A stretch of 64,000 nucleotides of DNA, taken from assembly GCA_963745025.1 (NCBI GenBank), contig CAVUWD010000016.1, positions 736,001-800,000 of the forward strand. The letters are read 5' to 3'. The stretch is from an uncultured delta proteobacterium (GTDB lineage: Bacteria; Desulfobacterota; Binatia; JACPRU01). The position numbers and the translations under genes were made by a program. Within the stretch, counting starts at the first letter, position 1. Every line of letters begins with the position of its first letter. Below, in pieces: positions 23,618 to 40,398 of this stretch. Under the pieces are notes generated by a model that was given only the letters and a program-made list of their open reading frames with translations, was not told the DNA's origin and ran no database searches.

Positions 23618-24316
23618 CTACTCCCGCGACGCGTTCGCGCGCTTGTCGATCTCGGCGAGCGCCTCGAGCGCCGCTTGCTGCTCGGCTTCCTTCTTGGACT
23701 TACCTTCGCCGCGGCCGCAGAGCTGGCCGGCGATCGAAATCTCGACGACGAAGGCGCGATCGTGGTCAGGACCGCTCGCCTGCACGAGCGCGTAGGTTGG
23801 TGTTTCGCGGAAGAGCCGCTGTGTGATTTCCTGGAGCCGGCTCTTGTGATCGATCGGCGACTCGCCGCCCGCCCGCACGAGATCCCCATGAAAGTGTCGT
23901 CTGACCAGCTCGCGGGCCGCCGCGAAACCGCCATCGAGATAGGCTGCGCCGATCACGGCCTCGTAGGCGGCCGCGAGAATCGACGCCTTCTTCCGTCCAT
24001 CACTCTTCTCCTCGCCCTTGCCGAGGCGGAGCTCCGCACCGAGGTTCATGGCGGCCGCCTTCGCCGCGAGCACGCGAGCATTGACGAGCGACGCGCGCCG
24101 CTTCGAGAGCTCGCCCTCGTCCGCCGTCGGGAAGCGCTCCATCAAAAGATCGGAGATCGCCAAGTCGAGCACCGCGTCGCCGAGAAACTCGAGCTTCTCG
24201 TTGTTCTGGCCCGCGCGCGCGAGCGCGGAACGATGCACGAGCGCCAGCGCGAGGAGCTCCGGCTTGCGAAACGAATAGCCGATCCGCTCTTCGAGTGTCT
24301 CCTCGGCGGATCTCAT
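23618..24316 (-). CDS. rnc: Ribonuclease III
   Basis: NEKLEFLGDAVL, EGELS, EAVIGAAYLDGG, dsRBD GPDH...GKSKKEAEQQAA. Confidence 0.97.
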   Translation of the reverse strand: MRSAEETLEERIGYSFRKPELLALALVHRSALARAGQNNEKLEFLGDAVLDLAISDLLMERFPTADEGELSKRRASLVNARVLAAKAAAMNLGAELRLGKGEEKSDGRKKASILAAAYEAVIGAAYLDGGFAAARELVRRHFHGDLVRAGGESPIDHKSRLQEITQRLFRETPTYALVQASGPDHDRAFVVEISIAGQLCGRGEGKSKKEAEQQAALEALAEIDKRANASRE

Positions 24317-25374
24317 GGGTGCGCATCGGCCGCAAGCGGCCGATCGATCCAGCCGCCGCCGACGACCTCGTCTCCGCGGTAGACGACCACTGCCTGTCCG
24401 GGCGCGACGGCGAACGCCGGCTGATCGAACGTCACGCGCACGCGCCCCTCGCCTTCCGCGCGGACGCGCACGGGAAGCGGGGATTGGCGATAGCGGACCT
24501 GCGCGACGAGCGGCTCGTCTTCTGCCGCGGGCGCATCGATCCAGTTCCAGCCGCTGGCGACGAGCGCCGTGCAATGCGGCGGAGCAGGGCCGACGACCAC
24601 GCGGCCGACCTCCCCCTCGATCGAGCGAACGTAGAGAGGCGTCGCTGCGCGGAGGCCGAGACCGCGCCGCTGGCCGATCGTGAATGCCTCGACGCCATCG
24701 TGGCGTCCGAGGGGCCGCCCGCGCTCGTCGACCACTTCGCCCCTCGCCCCACCCAGTCCCCGAGTGCGCACGAGCGCCGCCGGGTCTCCGAAGCAGAGGT
24801 CCTGGCTGTCGAGCTTCTCGGCAACCGGCAGACCGCGCTCGGCCGCACGGCGCCGAACCTCCGCCTTGGTCCATTCGCCGAGCGGGAATACCGCGTGCGC
24901 GAGCTGGCGCTCGTCGAGCGTGAACAGAAAATAGGACTGGTCGCGGGTGCGATCGGTCGCGCGCCTTAGGATCCGGCGGGTTCCGCGGTGCTCCACCCGC
25001 GCATAGTGGCCCGTCGCCACGACGGACGCACCACGTTCGAGCGCCCAGTCGAGGAGTACTCCGAGCTTGAACTCGCCGTTGCAGGCCACGCAGGGGTTCG
25101 GCGTCCGGCCGCTCGCATAGGCCGCCACGAAGGGCGCGACGACGGCCTGCTCGAAGGCCGCTCGCTGATCGATCCGCGTGTGGGGGATTCCGAGGGCGGC
25201 GGCGACGCGTGCGGCGTCGCGGTGATCGGAGCAGATCCGGTCGTCCCGCCGCGGCGAATCCCACAACCGGAGCGACACGCCCTCGACTCGGTAGCCGGCT
25301 TCGAGCAGCAGCGACGCGGCGACCGAGCTGTCGACGCCGCCGCTCATGGCGACCACGGCGCGCGGAGGGGTCAT
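24313..25374 (-). CDS. mnmA: tRNA 2-thiouridylase
   Basis: AMSGGVDSS, TPNPCVACN, ATGHYA, DQSYFL, DSQDLCF, FTIGQRRGL, APGQ. Confidence 0.96.
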   Translation of the reverse strand: MTPPRAVVAMSGGVDSSVAASLLLEAGYRVEGVSLRLWDSPRRDDRICSDHRDAARVAAALGIPHTRIDQRAAFEQAVVAPFVAAYASGRTPNPCVACNGEFKLGVLLDWALERGASVVATGHYARVEHRGTRRILRRATDRTRDQSYFLFTLDERQLAHAVFPLGEWTKAEVRRRAAERGLPVAEKLDSQDLCFGDPAALVRTRGLGGARGEVVDERGRPLGRHDGVEAFTIGQRRGLGLRAATPLYVRSIEGEVGRVVVGPAPPHCTALVASGWNWIDAPAAEDEPLVAQVRYRQSPLPVRVRAEGEGRVRVTFDQPAFAVAPGQAVVVYRGDEVVGGGWIDRPLAADAHP

Positions 25375-25384
25375 CGGGGAATCT

Positions 25385-26140
25385 CTACTTCTCGTCGCCC
25401 GCGACTTTGCGGAGCTCGGGCCGCTCGGTCTCGCTCCGCCCCTCGGCGCGCGCGGAAAGCTCGTCGACCTTCTTCTCCAGCCGCTCGACCTGCTCGAGCA
25501 CCGCGCCGAGCGCCCGGCTCACCGGATCGGGGAGATCCGCGGAATCGAGATCGATGACCGGCTTGCCGGTCTCGGTGTGCTTTCCACCGGTCTTCACGAC
25601 CTTGCCGGGGATGCCGACGACCGTCGAGTGCGCCGGCACCGACGTCACCAACACCGATCCGGCGCCGATCCGGCTGTGGCGGCCGACGGTGATCGGTCCT
25701 AGAACCTTCGCGCCGGTGAAGATGGTGACGGAATCCTCGATCGTCGGGTGGCGCTTGCCGCGTTGCGTGCTCGTGCCCCCGAGCGTCACTCCCTGATAGA
25801 TCGTGACGTCGTCGCCGATCTCGGTCGTCTCGCCGATCACCGCTGCCATCCCGTGATCGATGAAGAACCGGCGCCCCACCTTCGCTCCCGGGTGGATCTC
25901 GATGCCGGTCAGAAAGCGGCCGAGGTGGCTGACGAACCGACCGGGGGTCCGCAGGCCGTGCGTCCATAGCCAGTTCGCGAAACGGTAGACGAGAAGCGCA
26001 TGAAAGCCCGGGTACGCCAGCGCGATCTCCCAAACCGATCGCGCCGCGGGGTCGCGCTCGAAGATCGTCTGCACGTCTTCGCGCAGACGCGCCCAGGCGC
26101 CGAGCGGCTCGCCGTGGTCGTTTTGTACCGTCCCGGTCAT
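25385..26140 (-). CDS. cysE: Serine O-acetyltransferase
   Basis: [32 protein letters not shown]. Confidence 0.96.
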   Translation of the reverse strand: MTGTVQNDHGEPLGAWARLREDVQTIFERDPAARSVWEIALAYPGFHALLVYRFANWLWTHGLRTPGRFVSHLGRFLTGIEIHPGAKVGRRFFIDHGMAAVIGETTEIGDDVTIYQGVTLGGTSTQRGKRHPTIEDSVTIFTGAKVLGPITVGRHSRIGAGSVLVTSVPAHSTVVGIPGKVVKTGGKHTETGKPVIDLDSADLPDPVSRALGAVLEQVERLEKKVDELSARAEGRSETERPELRKVAGDEK

Positions 26141-27773
26141 CCGCGCCCACGAGTGCGGCTCGGTTCCTTCTTGGCCTCGTCGCGCCGCTTCTGATCGGAG
26201 TAGAGCTTGTAGTCGATCGAATCCACGAGCGCCTGCCAGCTCGCCTCGATCACGTTGTGGGACACGCCGACCGTGCCCCAGCGCTCGTGCGCGTCGCCCG
26301 ACTCGATCAGCACGCGAACCTTCGCCGCGGTGCCGGCCATGCCGGGGAGCACGCGGACCTTGTAGTCGAGCAGCTGGACCGAGGCGATCTCGGGGATAGA
26401 ACTTGGTGAGAACCTTGCGCAGCGCCTGGTCGAGCGCGTTTACCGGGCCGTTTCCGAAGGCGACGGCCTGCGCCCGCCGGCCGTCGAGGAATTCCACGGC
26501 CACCGACGCCTCCGAGGACGGCAGCTCGCTCCCCTTGTCGCTTCTCGTCGATGACGCGGAAGCCGATCAGCTGGAAGAAGCGGACGATGGCCGTTGAGGG
26601 CCCGGTGCATCAGCAGCTCGAAGGACGCCTCCGCGCCTTCGAACTGGTAGCCGGCGTTCTCGAGCTCCTTCAGCTGCGCGAGCAGCGCCTGCACCTTGGG
26701 GTCCTTGGAATCGACGTCGATGCCGAACTTGCTCGGCCTTGTCCAGGATGTTCGCCCTGCCGGCGAGGTCGGAGACCAGCACGCGCTGGATGTTGCCGAC
26801 CAGCCGACGGATCGATGTGCTCGTAGGTGAGCGGGTTCTTCCGCACCGCCGCGACGTGCAGCCCGCCCTTGTGGGCGAAGGCGCTCTGACCGACGTACGC
26901 CTGGCTCTTCCGCGGCTCGCAGGTTGGCGAGCTCGTAGACGAAGTGCGAGAGCTCCGTCAGCCGCCGGAGCTGCTCCGCGCCGACGCAGTGGCAGCCGAG
27001 CTTCAGCTGCGAGCTCGGCGATGATCGACACGAGGTTGGCGTTGCCGCAGCGCTCGCCGAAGCCGTTGATCGTGCCCTGCACCTGCACGGCGCCGGCTTC
27101 GACGGCCGCCAGCGAGTTCGCGACCGCGAGCTCGCAGTCGTTGTGGCAGTGGATGCCGAGCGGCTCGTCGACCGCCGCCGCCGCGGCCCGCGTCGCATCG
27201 GCGACGACAGCTCGGCAGGGTGCCTCCGCTCGTGTCGCAGAGGACCAGACGTGCGTCGCGCCCGCCGGCGGCCGCCGCCCGCAGGCACGCGATCGCGTAC
27301 TCGGGATCGTCCGCGCAGCCGTCGAAGAAGTGCTCGGCGTCGAAGATGACCTCGTCGGCGTGCCGCCGGAGATAGGCGACCGAGTCGTCGATCACCTCGA
27401 GATTCTCCTCGCGGGAGATGCGCAGGTCCTCGCGCACGTGGAGGTCCCAGGTCTTGCCGACGATCGTGATCACCGGGGTCTCGGCCTCGACGCAGCATGC
27501 GCGAGGTTCCGGTCCTCGGCGGCGATCGCGCCTGCCGCGCCGGGTCGAGCCGAAGGCGGCGATCCTCGCGTGCTGGAGCCGGAGCTTCTTCGCCTCGCGG
27601 AAGAACTCCTCGTCGCGCGGATTCGAGCCCGGCCAGCCGCCCTCGATGTAGTCGAACGCCGAGGTCGTCGAGCCGCTCGGCGATGCGCAGCTTGTCGTCG
27701 AGCGTGAAGCGACGATGTCCTCGCGCCTGGCAGCCGTCGCGCAGCGTCGTGTCGTAGAGCTGATGATCGCGCT

Positions 27774-27777
<4 letters not shown>
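26137..27777 (-). CDS. cimA: Citramalate synthase (many indels)
   Basis: [79 protein letters not shown]. Confidence 0.93.
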
Positions 27778-29028
<1,251 letters not shown>

Positions 29029-29046
29029 GGATGAGATCTCTTCACC

Positions 29047-29535
29047 CTAACGGGGAGACGGGAATCGCTTTCGTACCTCATCGAGAATCTCTTCGGCTCG
29101 CGCGCCTTCCCCCGCGAGGCGAATCGTCCGCAGATCTCCCTCTCCGGCCTCGATGTCGATCTCCAGCGTCCATGCCTCCCTCGGCTTGTCGAGCTTGCGG
29201 TACCACTCAATCGCCGTGACCCCGCTCGGAGCGAGGTATTCCTCGAGGCCGATTTCTCTTTCTTCGTTGGGCTCCACATGCTCGCCGAAACGGAAGAGGT
29301 CGATGTGATTCAGGCGAAGCCGCCCCTCGTGCTCCGCGACGAGGGTGAACGAGGGACTATAGATGACATCGGTCTCGAGATCGAGGCCCCGGGCCACGCC
29401 GCGCACGAGCTGCGTCTTGCCCGCGCCGAGGTCTCCCGCGATTCCCACGACCTCACCGCCCCGTAGCAAGCGCCCGAGCACCGTCCCGATCCTGAGGGTT
29501 TCGGCGGCCGATCGGCTCTCAATCTCGAGGCGCAT
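29047..29535 (-). CDS. tsaE: tRNA threonylcarbamoyladenosine biosynthesis ATPase
   Basis: GDLGAGKT, SPSFTL, HIDLFR, IEW. Confidence 0.95.
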   Translation of the reverse strand: MRLEIESRSAAETLRIGTVLGRLLRGGEVVGIAGDLGAGKTQLVRGVARGLDLETDVIYSPSFTLVAEHEGRLRLNHIDLFRFGEHVEPNEEREIGLEEYLAPSGVTAIEWYRKLDKPREAWTLEIDIEAGEGDLRTIRLAGEGARAEEILDEVRKRFPSPR

Positions 29536-31150
29536 CGGCGAAGAGCTCGTCCTGCAGGCCGCGAAGTGTCGGCGGCAGTTCGTCGATCACGTCCGAGGCC
29601 AAGAGCCCGGCCTCGCCATGACGACTCGCCACCCGATCCGCCGCCGCCCCGTGCCAGAACACGCCGACTTCGGCCGCTTCGGTAGCCTCGAGCCCCTGTG
29701 CGAGGAGTGACCCGATCATGCCTGCCAGGGCGTCTCCCATCCCGCCGCTCGCCATGCCCGGATTGCCGGTCGGATTGATCGCGACCACGCCGCCGGGATC
29801 GGCGACGACGGTGCGCGCGCCCTTGAGGACGACGGTGACACCGTAATCGACGGCCAGCCGACGAGCGGCATCGACTCGATCTGCCTGCACATCGCCAGTC
29901 GAGCAAGCCAATAGCCGCGCCATTTCCCCTGGATGGGGAGTCAGCACGAGCGGGCAGCGGTGCTTTTTCAGCCAACCGATCTGCCCGGCGAGGCAGTTGA
30001 GACCGTCCGCGTCGATGACCAGCGGAAGCGGCGATGAGGCGATCAGCCATTCGCTGAGCGCCCGGGTCGCGGGCGTGACGCCGATTCCCGGGCCGAACAC
30101 CAGCGCATCCTTACCGTCGAACAGACGCAGGAGTCGCGGCGTATCGTTGTTGGCGAACCGCCAGCCGCCCTCGTGATCCGGCAGCGGCTCGGTCATCAGC
30201 TCCGGGGTCTGTGCGAGATGCCCGCCGAGCGCCGGGGTCGGCGAGGCAATCGTCGCCAGGCCGGAGCCCGCCCGCAGCGCTGCCCGTCCGCAAAGCAAAG
30301 CTGCCCCACTTTTGCCGAGCGACCCGGCGAGCACGAGCACGTGGCCGTAGATTCCCTTGTGGCTGTCGGGAGAGCGTCGCGGCAGCGCCGAGCCGACGCG
30401 TGCGGAGGTGAGCACTCGTTGGCGCGGCGCGACCTCGTGGAGCGTCTCGGCCGGGATGCCGATGTCGGCCACGACGACTTCGCCGGCGAACTCGGCTCCC
30501 GGATGCACGATCAAGCCGACCTTCGGATACGCGAACGTGACCGTCACCGTGGCCTGCACGCTCGCACCGAGGGGCAGGCCTCGATCCGCATCGAGGCCGG
30601 ACGGTACGTCGACTGCCAGGATCGGCGCGGGCGCGGCGTTCAGCGCTTCGACGATCGCCTGCGAGCGCTCATCGAGCGTCCCACGGAGGCCCGTGCCGAA
30701 GAGCCCGTCGACGATGACGCCCGCCCGGGACGCTCGTTCGGCCAGCGTGATCAGGCCGCCCTGCGCGATCTCCCGGATCGGACCGCGCATCCGCTTCCAG
30801 CGAAGCAGGTTCGTGCGCGCATCGCCCGCAACCTCCGACTCGCGCGCAACGAGAATGACCTCGACCGGGACGCGGCGGCGGCGGAGGTGGCGCGCGATGA
30901 CGAACGCGTCGCCTCCGTTGTTTCCCTTGCCGGCGACCACCAGCACTCCCCGGCGAAGCTCACGCCGGAAGCGCCGCCGCAGGACGTCTGCGGCGAGCCC
31001 GCCGGCGCGCTCCATCAGCGTCTCGCCCGGCGTGCCCCGCGCGATGGTATCCGCGTCCATGCGCCGCATCTCGTCGCGGGTCACGACGAACACTCGGCCT
31101 CGCTCGTCGAGCGGGGCCGACACCGCGCCGCGGCGATCGGCTCGCTTCAC
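29519..31150 (-). CDS. nnr: Bifunctional NAD(P)H-hydrate epimerase/dehydratase (YjeF)
   Basis: LMERAG, GKGNNGGD, DGLFGTG, DVPSG, HKG.YG, DADGLN, LTPHPGEMARL, GGMGDALAG. Confidence 0.95.
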   Translation of the reverse strand: MKRADRRGAVSAPLDERGRVFVVTRDEMRRMDADTIARGTPGETLMERAGGLAADVLRRRFRRELRRGVLVVAGKGNNGGDAFVIARHLRRRRVPVEVILVARESEVAGDARTNLLRWKRMRGPIREIAQGGLITLAERASRAGVIVDGLFGTGLRGTLDERSQAIVEALNAAPAPILAVDVPSGLDADRGLPLGASVQATVTVTFAYPKVGLIVHPGAEFAGEVVVADIGIPAETLHEVAPRQRVLTSARVGSALPRRSPDSHKGIYGHVLVLAGSLGKSGAALLCGRAALRAGSGLATIASPTPALGGHLAQTPELMTEPLPDHEGGWRFANNDTPRLLRLFDGKDALVFGPGIGVTPATRALSEWLIASSPLPLVIDADGLNCLAGQIGWLKKHRCPLVLTPHPGEMARLLACSTGDVQADRVDAARRLAVDYGVTVVLKGARTVVADPGGVVAINPTGNPGMASGGMGDALAGMIGSLLAQGLEATEAAEVGVFWHGAAADRVASRHGEAGLLASDVIDELPPTLRGLQDELFADAPRD

Positions 31151-31890
31151 GGGCGCCTTCGCGCCTGATCGAGGCTCGCGCGCATCTCGCGAACGGCCGC
31201 TTCCATGCCGATCAGGACGGCCCGGGAGACGATCCAGTGGCCGATGTTGAGCTCGTGCATCTCGGGGATGGCGGCGATCGGCTTCACGTTGTCGAGCCGG
31301 AGACCGTGACCGGCGTTCACCGTCAGGCCGCAGTCGAATGCGTGACGAGCGCCGGCGCTGAGCCGAGCCAACTCTCCTTGTAGTCGATACGGATCGCGCG
31401 CTTCGGCATATGCTCCGGTGTGGAGCTCCACGACATCCGCGCCGGTCTCCCGGGCGGCGTCGATCTGGCGCGGATCGGGATCGATGAACAGGCTCACGCG
31501 AATCTGCGCCGCTCGCAGCATCTGCACGACGTCACGAAGGGCGTCCTTCTGTGCCGAAACGTCGAGGCCGCCCTCCGTGGTCAGCTCCGCACGGCGCTCG
31601 GGGACGATGCACACGTCCTGCGGCCGGAGCTGGAGCGCCTTGCTGCGACATCTCCGCCGTCGCCGCCATTTCTAGATTTAGCTTCGTCGCGACGGCCGCC
31701 CGCAGCCGCTCGACGTCGCGATCGTTGATGTGGCGGCGGTCTTCCCGCAGGTGCGCGGTGATGCCGTCCGCGCCACCTCGCTCCGCGAATCGAGCCGCCT
31801 CGACCGGGTCCGGGTAGGACGCGCGCCGCGCCTGCCGCACCGTCGCCACGTGATCGACATTGACACCGAGCAGAACCCGGAGCTGGCACC
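31147..31890 (-). CDS. pdxJ: Pyridoxine 5'-phosphate synthase (indels; start approximate)
   Basis: [62 protein letters not shown]. Confidence 0.96.
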
Positions 31891-31891
31891 G

Positions 31892-33268
<1,377 letters not shown>

Positions 33269-33272
<4 letters not shown>

Positions 33273-34263
33273 CGTGGCTGCGCTTCCTTCGGCACGCGCC
33301 GCTTGCGCGCGGCGGCGGGCGCGGCCACGACTTCCACGGTCGTCTCCGGCGGCCGCAGCTCGAGCACTTCGAGGCCTTGCGGCACCGTCGCCTCGATTCG
33401 CTTGGCGTGATAGCCCGGCGCCATTCCGTCGAGGTCGACGTAGAAGTTCTGCGACGACAGGCGCAACTCCCGCACCAGCCGCTGCGGACCGCGGATCGTC
33501 ACATCCACTTTCCGTGGCCGCATGTGATAATCGGGCGGGGGGTTCGTGCACCAATCTCCACGTTGCGAAAATCCTGAGTGGTCACCAGCTCCTCGAGGAG
33601 ACCCCGCACGAGGACGCGATCGGGCGACAGCCGGATCAGTTCCGCGGGGCGCTCGAGCGCGACCGTCTCGTCGAAATTGCCGCTTGTCGGGGCAAGATGC
33701 AACGGCCCGGCCGGGATGTTGCGCAGCGCCTCGACCTGGGCGGCGGGGCCGGTGACCGAGACCTCGGCGGGACGGATTTCGCTTTCGACCACGCGGTAGC
33801 CGGCGGGCACCACCGCCGTCAGGTTCGTGACGACAGGCAGCCTGCGCTCGATGATTCGCTCGACTTCGAGCGTGACCTGCACGGGGCTCAGTCGCGTGAC
33901 GGTCACGCCGCGCGGCAGGTTCAGCATGTCGGTATCGATCTTGAATGACGTGTGTCCGGTCGCCACGTTGCCGAGTTCGATCGCAATTTGCTGCCGGTGC
34001 TCGTCGATCGTGCCGAGGATCGTTCGCGGTCCGCGTAGTCGCACGTCCACCGACTCCGGGATCGGGCTGGTGATCATCAGCTTCGGCGGCAGGTTGCGAA
34101 ACTCGAGCGGCACGATGATGGATCGGTCGGCCTCGCGTGCGCCGAGGTTGACGAAGCCCCAAAGGCCGATCGCGAACGCGATCGAGCCGAGCTTCAGCAG
34201 CCAGTTGTGCACGATCTTGCGGGCGACCGTCTGCCCCAAGCCGCGCCAGTCGGGACTTTTCAT
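33269..34263 (-). CDS. cdaR: CdaR/YbbR-like regulator of diadenylate cyclase (indel near 33540)
   Basis: [18 protein letters not shown] segment, repeated YbbR-like V.V.L.GP units; sits between cdaA and glmM. Confidence 0.85.
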
Positions 34264-34283
34264 CGGTTTCGGTCCGCTCCGGC

Positions 34284-35031
34284 TCAGATCGCGGACAACT
34301 GCTGCAGGGTATTGCGCAGCGTGCCGGCGTCGAGATCGCGAATGATCTTTCCCTCGCGCACGAGCGAAATCTTCCCCTCCTCCTCCGACACGACCACGAC
34401 GACGGCGTCGGTTTCCTCGGTGAGGCCGATGGCGGCGCGGTGCCGTGTGCCGAGTGTCCTCGAGACGTTCGGATTCCCGGTGAGCGGCAAGAAGCAGCCG
34501 GCGGCGGTGATTCGGCCGTGCTGAATGATCACCGCACCGTCGTGGATCGGCGACGTCGGCGAAAAGATCCGACTGCAGGAGCTCGCGACTGACCCGCGCG
34601 TCGAGCGGTGTGCCCACCTCGATGTACTCGTTCAGGTTCGACATCGCGCTCGAACACGATGAGCGCCCCGATCCTCTTGCGTCGCCAGGAGCACGGCCGA
34701 GCGCACGATCTCCTCGAGCACCTGCCCCTGGGCGACTCGCTCCCCCGCGGAGAACGAGCGCCGCGCACCGACCTGGGTCAGTGCGCGGCGGATGTCGTTC
34801 TGGAAGATCACGACGACGACGAGGATGATCGAGGCGAGAAAGTTGGACAGCACCCAGTTCAGCGTGTTCAGCTCGAAGTACTGCGAGGCGAGGTAGGTCG
34901 CGAAGACGATCAGGAAGCCGATCAGCATCTGGGCCGCGCGCGTGCCGCGGATCAGGTTGATCACGTGGTACGCGATGAAGGCGATGATCGAGATGTCGAC
35001 GACGTCCGAGATCCGCCAGAGGAAACGTCAT
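34284..35031 (-). CDS. cdaA: Diadenylate cyclase (indels; start approximate)
   Basis: IRGTRAAQML, IFQNDIRRAL, IGALIV, P.HDGA, LGTRHRAAIG, VVSEE. Confidence 0.93.
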
Positions 35032-35037
35032 TGTCGA

Positions 35038-37781
<2,744 letters not shown>

Positions 37782-37798
37782 ATTCTCCTCCACCGAGA

Positions 37799-37827
37799 AC
37801 CGTAACACATAGCATTTTCTGCGGCAA
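37799..37827 (-). promoter_or_regulatory. Possible sigma70 promoter of the ftsH operon
   Basis: TTGCCG-N17-TACGGT with extended TG, in an AT-richer patch. Confidence 0.3.
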
Positions 37828-37865
37828 CGCATGGCATCGCCGCATGGCATCGCCCGGGATGTCAC

Positions 37866-39212
37866 TCAGCGCACGCGGCGGACCTCGACGACGAGAACGC
37901 GACGCGTCGCGGAGGCAACCGACGCGCGTTCGTCGCGTGCCAGACCGGGCACCCAGAGGATCGCGCCGCCGCTTTCCAGAACGAGCCACGAGCAGCGCTC
38001 CACCCGGGGCACCTTGGCATCGACGAAGACGTCCTGGAGCTTCTTCGTTCCGCCGAGACCGAGCGGACGCAGCCGATCGCCCGGGCGCGGATTGCGCATC
38101 CGGATCCGCGCTCCGTCGAGCGCGGTGAGATCGAAGACCGCACGCCACGGTCCGGGACGCACCCGACGCGCCGACGTTCGCGTCTCGACCCGCCAGCCGG
38201 GGACGCTCACCGTACCCTCGCGCGGCAGCGTCTGCGCAAAGCCGCGCGCGTGCGTCGCGGGCAGGTTCCAATGCAACCGTCCCCCGCTGCGCGTCACCGA
38301 TCCACCGGGGAGAGCGACGCTCTTGCCGTCTCCACGCTCCGCCGCCAGATCTCGCAGCCGCTCCACGTGATGGAGCTCGATGGCGCGGAGATTACCGCGC
38401 GAAGACACGAGCCAGCGGCGGAGCATCCGACGCTGGAGCGCGGCCGGCGCGCGACGCAGGAGCGCGCACTCGAGACCAAGCGCCGGGTCACTGCGACTGC
38501 GTCGCCGCGCTGAGCCCTCCAGCACGGCTTCGTCGTCTCGCGAGAGCTCGGCCAGCCGTGCGAGGGCGACCCGGATGGCGGGATTGAAGTCGCGCTCGAG
38601 AAGCGGCAGCAGACGATGGCGGATACGGTTGCGCGTGAAGCGACCGACCGCGTTCGAGCGGTCGACGCGGTAGCGACGCTTCCGCTTCTGCAAGTAGGCC
38701 AGCACCTCGGTGCGGGAGACGTCGAGAAACGGCCGGATCACGCCATCGGCACGCTTCGGCTGGATGCCGCCGAGGCCGCCGATGCCCGCGCCGCGAATGA
38801 GACGATGAAGCACGGTCTCGGCCTGGTCGTCGAGCGTGTGCCCGGTGGCGATACGGCGGAATCGCTCGCGGGCGGCGACTGCGAGCAATGCCTGATACCG
38901 CGCCTCGCGCGCCCGCTCCTCGAGATTCGCCCGTCCCGTGATCCTCGCGTCGACGGCGTGGAACTCGCAGCCGAGACGCGCGGCGAGGCACGCGACGAAG
39001 GCTTGGTCGCGATCGGAATCGCGCCCGCGCAGGTGGTGATTGACGTGAGCGACGCCCACCCGCCGCGACCCGCCATCCAGCTCGGTCAGCGCGGCGAGGA
39101 GCGCGACGGAGTCTGGCCCACCCGATACCGCCACCAGCACCGAGTCATCCGCCTCGAGAAGCGAATGGCGCCGGATCGAGCGTGCGACCTTGCGGAGAAC
39201 CGGGTCGTTCAT
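37866..39212 (-). CDS. tilS: tRNA(Ile)-lysidine synthase
   Basis: VAVSGGPDS, HVNHHLR, EERAREARY, TGHTLDDQAET, RNRIR, KKLQDVFVDAKVPR. Confidence 0.96.
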   Translation of the reverse strand: MNDPVLRKVARSIRRHSLLEADDSVLVAVSGGPDSVALLAALTELDGGSRRVGVAHVNHHLRGRDSDRDQAFVACLAARLGCEFHAVDARITGRANLEERAREARYQALLAVAARERFRRIATGHTLDDQAETVLHRLIRGAGIGGLGGIQPKRADGVIRPFLDVSRTEVLAYLQKRKRRYRVDRSNAVGRFTRNRIRHRLLPLLERDFNPAIRVALARLAELSRDDEAVLEGSARRRSRSDPALGLECALLRRAPAALQRRMLRRWLVSSRGNLRAIELHHVERLRDLAAERGDGKSVALPGGSVTRSGGRLHWNLPATHARGFAQTLPREGTVSVPGWRVETRTSARRVRPGPWRAVFDLTALDGARIRMRNPRPGDRLRPLGLGGTKKLQDVFVDAKVPRVERCSWLVLESGGAILWVPGLARDERASVASATRRVLVVEVRRVR

Positions 39213-39308
39213 GGGCGTCTCCAGAGTCCTCTGGCGCGGCCGAGGAGGCAAGGATGGCAAGGATGGCGGCTTGCGGGATTCGCTGCGGGGCGGTATTTTC
39301 CCTCGATC

Positions 39309-39968
39309 GTGCGCGTGCTTTTGTTGTCGCTGCTGTTGAGCGTTCCGGTCATCGCCGCGGAGAACCCGGAGCTCCCGGCCGGCCTTCCACCGACGCGAAG
39401 CGCCGACGAGCGCCGCGCGGTGCTCGAGCTGATGAAGCAGAACCGTCAGAAGTACGGCGAGGATGCCGCTCTTCTGCAGGGCTTGCTGCTTACCCACGCG
39501 CTACAGGGTGAAGCCGTCCTGACCACGGAATCGACGATCGTCGGGTTCGAAGAGCACGAGGGCCACAAGTACGTCACGTTCCGCCTTGCCAGTGGCATCG
39601 TCCTCAACGACAAGTCGCTCGATCGCGAGCAACGGCTCGAGCGCATCTGGCACCTCATCCTCGAACGAACCCTCCTCCGCTATCCGAAGTTCAGCGCGCC
39701 CGCCGACGGTGTGGCGATCGAGATCGAGTACAGCCATCGCCCGTACCAACAGCTCGACGACCTCTACAACGAGACCGACGATACCGGCACGGTCGAGCGC
39801 GCGAAGTTCTACATGCTTTCCTCCGACCTGACCGAGCTTCTCGCTCACCAGCTCGGAACGCAGGACTTCCTCGAGCGCTCGCGCGTCTTGGTCGACAATC
39901 AACCGGCAAAGCTCCGGCTCATGGAAGTGTCGCTGCCGCCGCGACCGCCGACCGCCGAGCGTCGCTGA
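39309..39968 (+). CDS. Hypothetical exported protein
   Basis: GTG start, hydrophobic signal peptide ending VIA-A, strong coding bias. Confidence 0.75.
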   Translation: MRVLLLSLLLSVPVIAAENPELPAGLPPTRSADERRAVLELMKQNRQKYGEDAALLQGLLLTHALQGEAVLTTESTIVGFEEHEGHKYVTFRLASGIVLNDKSLDREQRLERIWHLILERTLLRYPKFSAPADGVAIEIEYSHRPYQQLDDLYNETDDTGTVERAKFYMLSSDLTELLAHQLGTQDFLERSRVLVDNQPAKLRLMEVSLPPRPPTAERR

Positions 39969-40108
39969 TCGGGCGGCGACCGCCCCAGCGCACGACCCGC
40001 CGCGCCTCGACTCTCGAAGCATCCTCCCGTTCCGCCGCCGAGCGCCAGTCCTTCAAGAGCTACGGAGCGCTGCTCGAGTGCGCCTAGCCACTCGAGCCGG
40101 CAAGCCCC

Positions 40109-40137
40109 TGGACAGACGCACGAGCGTCCGGTAGCCC
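40109..40137 (+). promoter_or_regulatory. Possible original tRNA-Met promoter
   Basis: TGGACA-N17-TAGCCC just upstream of the tRNA 5' fragment. Confidence 0.3.
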
Positions 40138-40152
40138 ACTGATTTCAAGCGC

Positions 40153-40191
40153 GGCGGCGTAGCTCAGGTGGCTAGAGCGAGGGTCTCATAA
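40153..40191 (+). pseudogene. tRNA-Met 5' half (left att site of element 1)
   Basis: GGCGGCGTAGCTCAGGTGGCTAGAGCGAGGGTCTCATAA, identical to 45592-45630; identity stops at the end of the anticodon loop. Confidence 0.95.
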
Positions 40192-40326
40192 GACAACCCG
40201 AGCCGCGCCGCTCGTGTATCACCGAGAGATATTGAGAGCGATAAGCCGCAATCTATCAGGCTTTCCGCTCCGTCGATAAATACCGCGTCACTTCTCATCG
40301 CACTCGATATTCGCGCTTATCAGTGT

Positions 40327-40341
40327 CGAACAACTACCCGA
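40327..40341 (+). repeat. Arm-type site candidate of element 1
   Basis: CGAACAACTACCCGA, identical at 45528-45542. Confidence 0.7.
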
Positions 40342-40398
40342 TCGGGGCGAACTAGAGCCGGGGGGTCGCTGGCTCCAAGGTAGGCAATCGTTGCCTGC

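Noticed and set aside
37828-37853. 13-bp tandem duplication CGCATGGCATCGC upstream of ftsH
   Set aside because: Only two copies; could be an operator but there is no supporting evidence.
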